Positions 1 through 7,700 of a stretch of 13,476 bases of DNA are shown here, piece by piece. Position 1 is the first letter of the stretch, and each line of letters begins with the position of its first letter. The stretch spans positions 1 through 13,476 of the forward strand of contig JBQLZK010000111.1 in NCBI GenBank assembly GCA_052168235.1, read 5' to 3'. Both the position numbers and the translations under genes were made by a program. The DNA is from Thainema sp. Lineage in GTDB: Bacteria; Cyanobacteriota; Cyanobacteriia; Phormidesmidales; Phormidesmidaceae. The notes under the pieces were generated by a model. The model made no database searches, was not told the origin of the DNA, and worked only from the letters and a program-made list of their open reading frames with translations.

Positions 1-3
1 ACG

Positions 4-55
4 GTCTCAAATGAGACACCCTTGTCCCAAAACCTCAATTAATCGAGGTTCCCTA
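4..55. repeat. Small hairpins at the window edge; possible right end of a miniature repeat element extending out of the window
   Basis: GTCTCA-AA-TGAGAC (4-17) and AACCTC-N8-GAGGTT (31-50) inverted repeats, ending ...TCGAGGTTCCC-TAG. No partner end is visible, so element identity cannot be shown. Confidence 0.3.
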
Positions 56-214
56 GATATAGAGCTACATCTAAAAACGAGGGTCGATATGTGCGAGTTC
101 AAAAGCTTTCTGCTGCTCTATTAAATTTGCCATCATCTGATGAAGCCAGCGATATTTACAAATGTATTTATAAATGAATGAGTAGTGACACTCATGCTTC
201 GATCCAGATGTCCA

Positions 215-315
215 TAGCCTTTCCTGGGCTACTGAGGTACAAGTTATTGTTTGGAAGCCGCGCGCAGCAAGGCTTCCAAACAATAACTCCCCCTTTATTA
301 GCGCAAGAAGCGCTA
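215..315. mobile_element. ~101-bp MITE, IS630-like (TAGC...GCTA ends)
   Basis: Imperfect terminal IRs: TAGCCTTTCCTGGGCTACTGAGG vs reverse complement of right end TAGCGCTTCTTGCGCTAATAAAG (16/23). Central perfect 18-bp IR AGTTATTGTTTGGAAGCC (242-259) / GGCTTCCAAACAATAACT (271-288). TA at the termini is as expected for IS630/Tc1-type insertion. Family assignment is inference. Confidence 0.6.
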
Positions 316-557
316 TACGGAGACGAATGACTGGATTGTAAGCTTGATAACAATTCGCTATTCTCAGCCATTCTCAGTTTCCTGAGTGACTGATTTGATT
401 CTTTCAGAAAGTGCCGTCCGATTTCTTAGCTGGTTGAACGACTCGAAGCGCTAAACCCTTAGTACATCGCTGGTGCTTGTTCGGCCAAAGTTGAGAAGTT
501 GTGAATCTGAGTGTGGCATTAAGGAATGTAACAGTTTGACGAATTCACTAAGTTATG

Positions 558-586
558 TTGCCGCGTTTTGATCCCGTTGCTAACGT
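558..586 (+). promoter_or_regulatory. Putative sigma70-type promoter for the SDR leader
   Basis: TTGCCG (558-563), 17-nt spacer, extended TGn plus TAACGT (581-586). Predicted TSS ~592 coincides with the start of a hairpin (592-615). Confidence 0.4.
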
Positions 587-643
587 CAAAAGTGTGTTCT
601 CGGATCCGGAACCACCCAAATGCGTTCAGGAGGCTTAACGCTT

Positions 644-682
644 ATGTCGGCCATCATCTCAAGTTCTGTAAAGCAAATCTAA
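644..682 (+). CDS. Candidate 12-aa leader peptide/uORF MSAIISSSVKQI
   Basis: AGGAGG at 628-633, 10 nt before ATG 644; stop TAA 680-682. Too short for the ORF track; translation unproven. Confidence 0.35.
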   Translation: MSAIISSSVKQI

Positions 683-923
683 GGTTTCAGATGACGAAAC
701 TGCTGAATACGCCAATCGCCTTAATTGCTGGCTCCCTGAATGGCTAGAGACATCATTTACGTTTCGAGCTCGAACGTTTACGCACGAAATATCAGAAATC
801 GTCCCAGATTTGTCTGACACGTTGATCATTATCACTAGCGTGCCACTGCCTTAACTTGTGCTTTCTGGATCGTCAAAAGGCTGGCACGGTTGAGAGCAGT
901 GTGCAGGCAAGGAGGATCTTGCA

Positions 924-1763
924 ATGATAGATTTTCATGGCAAAACTGCCCTAATTACTGGAGCATCACGCGGCATCGGTCGCGCCATTGCCTATACCCT
1001 AGCGGCTCAAGGCATTCAAACGCTGTTATTGGTCGCCCGCGATCAGCAGCGCCTAGAGGATGTAGCCAATTCGATTCGCCCGCTTGGGGTTGAGGTGATT
1101 GTGCTGCCGCTTGATCTGACTGACCCGGTGACGGTTAATGTACAAATGGCGAGGGCTTGGCGCGATTTTGGCCCGATTGACTTGCTCGTCAACTGTGCTG
1201 GGGTGGCTCATCAAGCGCCATTTTTGCAGACTCGTTTGCCCCAGGTGCAGGCCGAAATTGCCCTCAATTTGGTTGGTCTTTACACCGTGACCCGTGCGAT
1301 CGCACGTCGGATGGCAGTGCGCCGTCAAGGCTGTATCGTCAATGTTTCTAGCCTGATGGGTAAAGTTGCGGCTCCTACGATGGCAACCTATTCGGCCACC
1401 AAGTTTGGCATTTTGGGCTTTACCCAAGCTCTGCGCAGCGAACTGGCAGCCTACAACGTGAAGGTGATTGCCTTGCTCCCCTCGCTGACTGACACCGATA
1501 TGGTAAAAGATTTTCAGTGGTTTCGCTGGATGCGTCCGGCTTCACCCGATCAGGTGGCGCAGGCTCTGGTTCGCGGTTTAAAGCGAGGAAGCGCTGAAAT
1601 CTTGGTTGATGTCCAAAGTCACCTAGCGGTTTGGTGCTCTTATCTGGCTCCGGCTTTGATGCAGCGGATTCTCCAATTGGCTGCTCCCAAGATCACCGCA
1701 CCGCATATCTCCCAACGGCCCAAGGCTGAATCCATGCATGTTCTGCCGATTGGCCTGCGGTGA
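924..1763 (+). CDS. Classical SDR family NAD(P)-dependent oxidoreductase
   Basis: TGASRGIG Rossmann motif, basic residue after beta2 (VAR, suggests NADP(H)), NCAG, catalytic Ser (NVSS) and YSATK (YxxxK). RBS AAGGAGG 909-915. Confidence 0.95.
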   Translation: MIDFHGKTALITGASRGIGRAIAYTLAAQGIQTLLLVARDQQRLEDVANSIRPLGVEVIVLPLDLTDPVTVNVQMARAWRDFGPIDLLVNCAGVAHQAPFLQTRLPQVQAEIALNLVGLYTVTRAIARRMAVRRQGCIVNVSSLMGKVAAPTMATYSATKFGILGFTQALRSELAAYNVKVIALLPSLTDTDMVKDFQWFRWMRPASPDQVAQALVRGLKRGSAEILVDVQSHLAVWCSYLAPALMQRILQLAAPKITAPHISQRPKAESMHVLPIGLR

Positions 1764-1871
1764 TGCACTTGATAAAAGCCAGGTTGATTTTGTGACCGTT
1801 GGCCGTGCCGGGTATGCGTTTGGCGTAGGTGTGTGAGGCCCTCATTCCCCCAGCCCCTTCTCCCACAGGAG

Positions 1872-2035
1872 CTACTGTTTATACATAAGTCTCCTAGACT
1901 TCGTTTCGACATTGAGATCCCCCCTAGCCCCGCTTAAAAAGGGGGGAATTGGCTCAAAGTTCCCCTTTTTTAAGGGGCATTTAGGGGGATCAGTCCGGGG
2001 TTTATAAAGATTATTCAGAAGTGTATAAGCAGTAG
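1872..2035. mobile_element. 164-bp MITE with 14-bp TIRs and 10-bp target-site duplication (IS4-like)
   Basis: TIR CTACTGTTTATACA (1872-1885) / TGTATAAGCAGTAG (2022-2035), 13/14 match. Exact direct repeat CCCACAGGAG at 1862-1871 and 2036-2045. Family assignment is inference from TSD length. Confidence 0.85.
1916..1991. repeat. GATC-bounded palindromic repeat inside the 164-bp MITE
   Basis: GATCCCCC...GGGGGATC outer stem; inner arms CTTAAAAAGGGGGGAA / TTCCCCTTTTTTAAG, each of which can alternatively form its own CCCC..GGGG hairpin. Confidence 0.75.
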
Positions 2036-2063
2036 CCCACAGGAGAAGGGGAGCCGGATCGGA

Positions 2064-2144
2064 GAGATTGCTGATTTTAAGTATGAATTGTGATGTGGGG
2101 GCACCGCCCCCACATCACAATTCATACCCAGATTAAGCAGCGCC
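2064..2144. mobile_element. 81-bp hairpin MITE with 8-bp target-site duplication (IS1/IS1595-like end)
   Basis: Perfect 22-bp IR GTATGAATTGTGATGTGGGGGC (2081-2102), loop ACC, GCCCCCACATCACAATTCATAC (2106-2127). Degenerate outer IR GAGATTGCTGA / TAAGCAGCGCC. GGATCGGA duplicated at 2056-2063 and 2145-2152; the duplication reads 11 bp if GCC is included, so ends are uncertain by 3 nt. Confidence 0.8.
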
Positions 2145-2208
2145 GGATCGGAAATTCCTCTCCCGCAGGAGAGGGATTTTGGCTGAGGACGTGACTACTG
2201 TGGCGCAA

Positions 2209-4776
2209 CTACTGTGAGGTTGGCAGGGCGAGTTCTGCGATCGCAGCTATTAGCTGCTCTGGTTCTATTGGTTTAGTGATATGCCGCTGGAAGCCACGCT
2301 GTAAGGTGCGTTGATGATCTTCCTCACGGGCGTAGGCTGTGACTGCGATCGCAGGTACGTCACGACCTTGTTCGAAGGGCAAGGCCCGAATTTGCTGGAT
2401 GAGGTCGCAGCCGTCCATTTCAGGCAGTCCAATGTCGCAGACCAGCACATCTGGCTGAAAGGTTTCTAAATGAGCTAGAACTTCATGACCCGATGCCACA
2501 ACTTCCACCTCTGCTCCGTACTGGTTCAGCATGATTGTGAGCAAGTCGCGGGCATCTTCCAAATCATCAACGGCCAGCACTTTTATTCCCATTAGATCTA
2601 AGTCCACTGGAGCCTGGGATTCAGATGGCGAGTGGGCGGCACCAGCTTTTAGTAAGGGCAGTTGAACAGTAAACGTCGCGCTCTGTCCTTCACCTAAACT
2701 ATTGGCCATAATTCTGCCGCCGTGGGCATCGACCAAGTTTTTCACGATGGACAGTCCCAAGCCTAATCCCCCATATTGACGGGTCGTAGACGAATCGGCC
2801 TGCCGGAAGGATTGAAAGATATAGGGCAGAAAGTCAGGGTTAATGCCTCGGCCTGTATCGGTGACGGTGATTTGGGCGTAGGAGGGTGAATGGGTGGACG
2901 GGTGGATGGGGGGATGGGTTGGAGGATTGGAGGGTTGATGAAGCGATGGCAACTCGCCGATGTTCTCACCCTCTTCTCCGCTGACCTGTTCCAGCTCCAC
3001 CTCGACTCGGCCACCATTCGGCGTAAACTTGACGGCATTTGAGAGCAGATTCCAGACAATTTGCTGTAGTCGGGCTCCATCACCTTGGACTTGGCAAATG
3101 TCGATCGGTTCAAACTGGAGCGAGATCGATTTGGCTTCGGCGGCTGTCCTCACCACTTCCATTGCGGAGCGTATAACCGACGCGAGATTGACGGGCGCAA
3201 TATTGAGCTTGAGCTTGCCGCGCAGAATTTTGGCGACATCTAGCAGATCGTCAATCAGCTGAGTTTGGAGTTTGACGTTGCGCTCGATCGTGTTGAGACC
3301 TTGTTTGACTTTAGCGTCGTCCAATTTTTTAATTTGGAGCAGTTTAGACCAGGCCAGGATGGGATTCAGGGGCGATCGCAACTCGTGGGAGAGCACGGCT
3401 AAAAACTCGTCCTTGATCCGATTAACCTGTTCGGCTTCTTCTCTTGCTGCCCGTTCACGCTCTAGGAGTCGCTGTCGTTCAGCGATAGACTGTCGTTGCT
3501 CAATCAGGTCGGCGGCTTGGCGGGCTAGCAGATCCAGAAACCGCAGTTCGCGATCGCAAGGACGATGGCGTCTGCGCCAATGCGTGGAAAACATGCCGAT
3601 GAATTTACCCGATCGGGAGATCAAGGGGGTGGACTGCGCGGACAGAAATCCCGCATCAAGATGCATTTTCAACGAGCCATCCGGATCGTCGGGAGCATCA
3701 AAATCAACAAAGGCACGTTCACCATGAATCAGCGCTTGCCCACAAGAGGTTTGTGAACTGGCCATCACGCGATCAAAATGATTGACGATGGTCTGACTTA
3801 AACCATGTGCCGCTAGCAGTTTCAGCTCATTGGCATCGAACTCAAAGCATTGAAATGAACCAGCATCGGCTCGTGAGAGTGAGATCGCAGCTGCCATAGT
3901 TTCGTTGTAGAGAACCTGAATATTCTCTTCAGACGTGAGGCGGGCTCCTAGCTCCTGCAAGAGTCGGGTATCGTGCAGGTCAGCAGTAATAGTAGCTTCG
4001 GCCTGTTTGCGATCGCTGATGTCTTCTGCAATGCCACCAATCCATAACAAGTCACCTTGGTCATCATAAATGGGAAAACAGCGATCGCGAATCCAAATCA
4101 CGGTGTCATCCGGTCGAATCACGCGATATTCCTGGCTAGAGGTATCTTCTGCGCATTGCCGCCAAGCTGACTGCACGCGATCGCGATCATCGGGATGAAC
4201 AAAGCCAAGAAAGCAGTCTAGGTTGGTACAAATCTGAGTCGCGTGACGACCCCACACTTGGTCATAGGATGGGCTGACGTAGACGATCTGACGAGTCTCG
4301 ACATCGGTGATCCAAATGACATCTTTGTGATTTTCAGCAAATCCTTTGAAGCGGGCTTCACTTTCCTGGAGAGCGGCCTCGGCAGCTTTGCGATCGCGCT
4401 GTTCTTGCGCTTCTTGCAAGGCCCGCTCCACGCAGGGCACTAACCGTCCGAGTCGCTGCTTCAGGACGTAGTCCGTCGCGCCCATTTTCAGCGATTCAAT
4501 CGCCAATTCTTCGCCCAAACTGGCCGAAACAAAAATGAAGGGAATATCGGGGCACTGGTTTTGAACCATTTCTAATGCTGTTAGACCATCAAATCCGGGC
4601 AGGGCATAGTCAGCCAAGATCAGGTCAAACGGTTCTGCGTTGAGTGTGGCCTCAAACTTGGCGCGGGTATCCACAATCTGTAAATCACAGTTAATGCCAC
4701 CCTCAGTCAGCGTCAGTCGTACCACGTCTGCATCTAACGGATTATCTTCTAGCAGAAGGAACCGCAACGTTGTCAT
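2209..4776 (-). CDS. Hybrid sensor histidine kinase/response regulator (REC-PAS-GAF-HisKA-HATPase-REC), 855 aa
   Basis: N-terminal REC (LLEDN...DLILADYALP...DYVLK); PAS/PAC (VHPDDR...WIRDRCFP...DISDRK); GAF; H-box LSHELRSPL (His codon 3385-3387); N box QIVWNLLSNAVKFT; G1 DTGRGI; G2 GGLGLGL; C-terminal REC (VDD...VCDIGLP...TAY...TKP). Start overlaps the upstream stop (ATGA). Confidence 0.95.
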   Translation of the reverse strand: MTTLRFLLLEDNPLDADVVRLTLTEGGINCDLQIVDTRAKFEATLNAEPFDLILADYALPGFDGLTALEMVQNQCPDIPFIFVSASLGEELAIESLKMGATDYVLKQRLGRLVPCVERALQEAQEQRDRKAAEAALQESEARFKGFAENHKDVIWITDVETRQIVYVSPSYDQVWGRHATQICTNLDCFLGFVHPDDRDRVQSAWRQCAEDTSSQEYRVIRPDDTVIWIRDRCFPIYDDQGDLLWIGGIAEDISDRKQAEATITADLHDTRLLQELGARLTSEENIQVLYNETMAAAISLSRADAGSFQCFEFDANELKLLAAHGLSQTIVNHFDRVMASSQTSCGQALIHGERAFVDFDAPDDPDGSLKMHLDAGFLSAQSTPLISRSGKFIGMFSTHWRRRHRPCDRELRFLDLLARQAADLIEQRQSIAERQRLLERERAAREEAEQVNRIKDEFLAVLSHELRSPLNPILAWSKLLQIKKLDDAKVKQGLNTIERNVKLQTQLIDDLLDVAKILRGKLKLNIAPVNLASVIRSAMEVVRTAAEAKSISLQFEPIDICQVQGDGARLQQIVWNLLSNAVKFTPNGGRVEVELEQVSGEEGENIGELPSLHQPSNPPTHPPIHPSTHSPSYAQITVTDTGRGINPDFLPYIFQSFRQADSSTTRQYGGLGLGLSIVKNLVDAHGGRIMANSLGEGQSATFTVQLPLLKAGAAHSPSESQAPVDLDLMGIKVLAVDDLEDARDLLTIMLNQYGAEVEVVASGHEVLAHLETFQPDVLVCDIGLPEMDGCDLIQQIRALPFEQGRDVPAIAVTAYAREEDHQRTLQRGFQRHITKPIEPEQLIAAIAELALPTSQ
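2881..2950. repeat. Degenerate 8-nt tandem repeat (GGATGGGT type), in frame within the HATPase of the 855-aa kinase
   Basis: TGGGTGGA CGGGTGGA TGGGGGGA TGGGTTGG...; encodes PSLHQPSNPPTHPPIHPSTHSPS just before the G1 box. Confidence 0.8.
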
Positions 4777-7700
4777 TCAAGTACCTCCTGCTTCGGTAGT
4801 GAAAAGTAAAATGTTGCACCCTGATCAACTGCGCCTTCGGCCCAGATGCGCCCACCGTGTCGATGAATAATCCGCCGCACATTTGCCAATCCAACCCCAG
4901 TGCCAGCAAACTGTTCTTGAGAATGTAAGCGTTGGAAGAGGCCAAACAGGCGATCCTGATATTTCATATCGAACCCTGCTCCGTTGTCCTGCACGAAGAA
5001 AATGATTTCATGGTCGTAGGCATTACTACCGATGGTAATCGTGGCAATAGCGCGATCGCGCGTGTACTTAACAGCATTTGACAATAGGTTTTGCACGACT
5101 AACCGTAATAAATCGGGATCGCCCTCCACCTCTGGCAATGGTTCAATCTGCCAATCAATCGATCGGTCTATGGTTTCCGGCTCCAGGTGCGATCGCACTT
5201 GCTCCACTAGCTCATTCATCGCAACGCGGGTCAGGGTCAGTGGCGTTTTGCCCATGCGCGAAAACTCAAGCAGATCGTTGATCATCTGGTAAGCTCGACC
5301 CGCCGCTTGCTCAATGATGCCGAGATAGCGCAGGCTGCTGTCCGCATCGACTTGATCGGCATTGAGCTGCGTTTGTAACCGTTCCACAAAGCTGTTGATG
5401 TAGCGCAGCGGCGTCTGCAAATCGTGCGACACCGAATAGGAAAAGGCATCCAGCTCTTGATTAATCGCCTCAAGCTGAGCCGTGCGAGCCTGCACCCGCT
5501 GCTCCAGCGTCTCGTTCAGTGCCTGCACTTCCCGCGTGATCTGCTGCTGATAGACAATTTCCCGCCGCATTTGGGCCAGTTTAAGATGGGCATCGACTCG
5601 CGCCAGAAGCTGCCGCGCCGAGAAGGGTTTGACTAAATAGTCATCTGCGCCTGCCTCGAGCCCTTCGATTTGCGCTTCTTCTCCGGCTCGCGCCGAGAGC
5701 AAAATCGTCGGGATTTCTTGCGTATCGGGATTCTCCCGCAGCGATCGCAACAGCTCAAATCCATTTAACTCCGGCATCATGATGTCGGTCAGTACGAGAT
5801 CGTACACCGGGCCACCGTTGCCGTCATGGTCTAAGGCATCCTGAACCGTAGCCAAGGCCTCTGAGCCATCAGCAGCAGTGTCAATCTCGTAGTAGGGATC
5901 GAGCAGTCGCTGAAGATAGACCCGCATGTCGGCGTTGTCCTCGACGAGCAAAATCTTTGATTTTGGATTTTGGATTTTGGATTTTGGAAGATTCGATTTT
6001 GGATTATTGAGTTGTGGGTCTGAGTTAGGCGTATCTTGCAATCCCGAATCGCCAATCGAAAATCCAAAATCCTGCCAGCTTTGGGCTTCTTTGACAAAGG
6101 CATTGGCTTGTGTGCTCATGGTTGGATCTGGTGTTTCGTTGGTGGACTGGGCGACAGGGTTCATCTGGCTTTGCCAGTTCGCAGAGAATCGCGCATCGGC
6201 AGACAAATGCTCGCTGCCCATCGGCACCGTCACCATAAACGTGGTGCCCTGACCGACTTCGCTCATCACTTCGACCGTACCGCTCTGTAGCTTCACCAGT
6301 TCCTGCACCAGCGCTAAACCAATGCCCGATCCTTCATAACTGCGACCCTGATTGCTTTTACTCTGGTAAAACCGCTCGAAGATATGGGGCAGCTCGTCGG
6401 GGGGGATGCCGATGCCCGTGTCGCGGATGGTGAGGATGAAGTGGGGATGGGTAGGTGGGTCGATGGGTCGATGGGTGGATGAGTGATCCGATACCTGTGC
6501 ACTCTCCCACTCGCCCACGCGCAAACTCACCCGAATCTCGCCCTCAAACGTGAACTTAAACGCATTCGAGAGGAGATTGAGGACGATTTTTTCCCACATT
6601 TCCCGGTCGATGTAGACCGATTCTGGCAGGGGTGGACAGTCAACCGTGAACCGTAGTCCGGCACTTTCAATGGTTGAGCGAAACATGCTGGCCAGATCCG
6701 CCGTGTAGGTCGCTAGATCCGTCGGTTGGTAGTTCACTTGCAGGCGCTCGGCTTCCACGCGGGAAAAGTCGAGCAGGGTGTTGACCAGTTTGAGCAGGCG
6801 CAGGGCGTTGCGGTGGGCGAGGCGGAGGTTTTCTTGGAGGGTGGATGGGTAGATGGGTGGATGGGTGGATGGGTTCTCATCTACGCTCCCACTCATCCAC
6901 TCATCCACGCTTTCGATCGCATCCTCCAACGGCCCCAACAACAGCGTCAGCGGTGTGCGAAATTCATGGGAAACATTGCTGAAGAATTGAGTTTTAGCTT
7001 GATTCAGTTCTGCCAAACTCTCGGCGCGTTGTTGTTCTTGCTCACGGGCAGATTGTTCTCGCACTCGTTGAAGTTCTGCGTCACGCAGGGCGGCTTCGGC
7101 GCGGGTGCGCTCAATGGTTGCCCAGGTGCGATCGGCGATTTCTTCCACCAGATCCATCTCAAACTCTGTCCAGTTCCTCAGTGTGGTCTGGGTGATACAG
7201 AGGATGCCGACAGGCTCTCCCTGCTTGATGACGGGTACCATCAGAGCGGCAATAATCTGCAACTGTATGCAGGTCTGTCTCAAGTTTTCATCGAGCACGT
7301 TCGTTGTGTGGACATCCTCAAAGACAAACGGCTGACCAGCATCGAGCATGGTTTTGAAGAGCGGGGAGTTTTCTAGCGGATACGCCCCCACCACCGAAGG
7401 TAAATCTGCTTGTGAGGCATCCTGCCGAATGATGGAACTGCCATCAATAATTTCGCAGTAGTAACATCTGTCCGCTCTAAAGAAGTTCATGGTGATGCGC
7501 GTCACGGTTGCCTGAATTTCAACCGCATTGGAGAGCGATCGCAACGCATCGGATAACTTTACCCGAAAGACATCGATTTCAGCGGCACGGCGCAGTTGGG
7601 CTTCGGCTCGTTTGCGTTCCGAAACGTTGCTAAATAAAACCGCAATCTGTCCTGGTTGCTGAGCGGGAAAGACTTCTGCCTCTATCCACAGGTCAAGTGC

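Larger units (their letters stand above)
1838..2190. repeat. Structured small dispersed repeat (~90 bp when reconstructed), interrupted by two MITE insertions
   Basis: Removing both inserts and one copy of each duplication restores outer stem CCTCA/TGAGG plus two inner hairpins CCCCTTCTCC-CACA-GGAGAAGGGG and ATTCCTCTCC-CGCA-GGAGAGGGAT. Lies between convergent genes. Confidence 0.75.

Noticed and set aside
71..283. 70-aa minus-strand ORF
   Set aside because: Its start lies inside the 215-315 MITE hairpin and the product has no recognisable motif; probably spurious.
526..542. NtcA or HLR1 (RpaB) site at AATGTAACAGTTTGACG
   Set aside because: Does not fit GTA-N8-TAC, and only one HLR1 half-site (GTTACATT on the minus strand) is present.
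924..1763. SDR as HetN (heterocyst patterning SDR)
   Set aside because: The position of the HetN RGSGR pentapeptide reads RRQGC, and the 12-aa uORF has no RGSGR, so it is not PatS-like either.
1838..2190. CRISPR array or tRNA in the repeat-rich intergenic region
   Set aside because: No regularly spaced identical repeats with unique spacers and no tRNA D/T-loop consensus; the structure is explained by nested IR elements.
2194..2216. ACTACTGTG direct repeat (2194-2202, 2208-2216) resembling the MITE end CTACTG
   Set aside because: Only 9 bp, overlaps the kinase stop codon, and has no partner IR; likely chance or a small local duplication.
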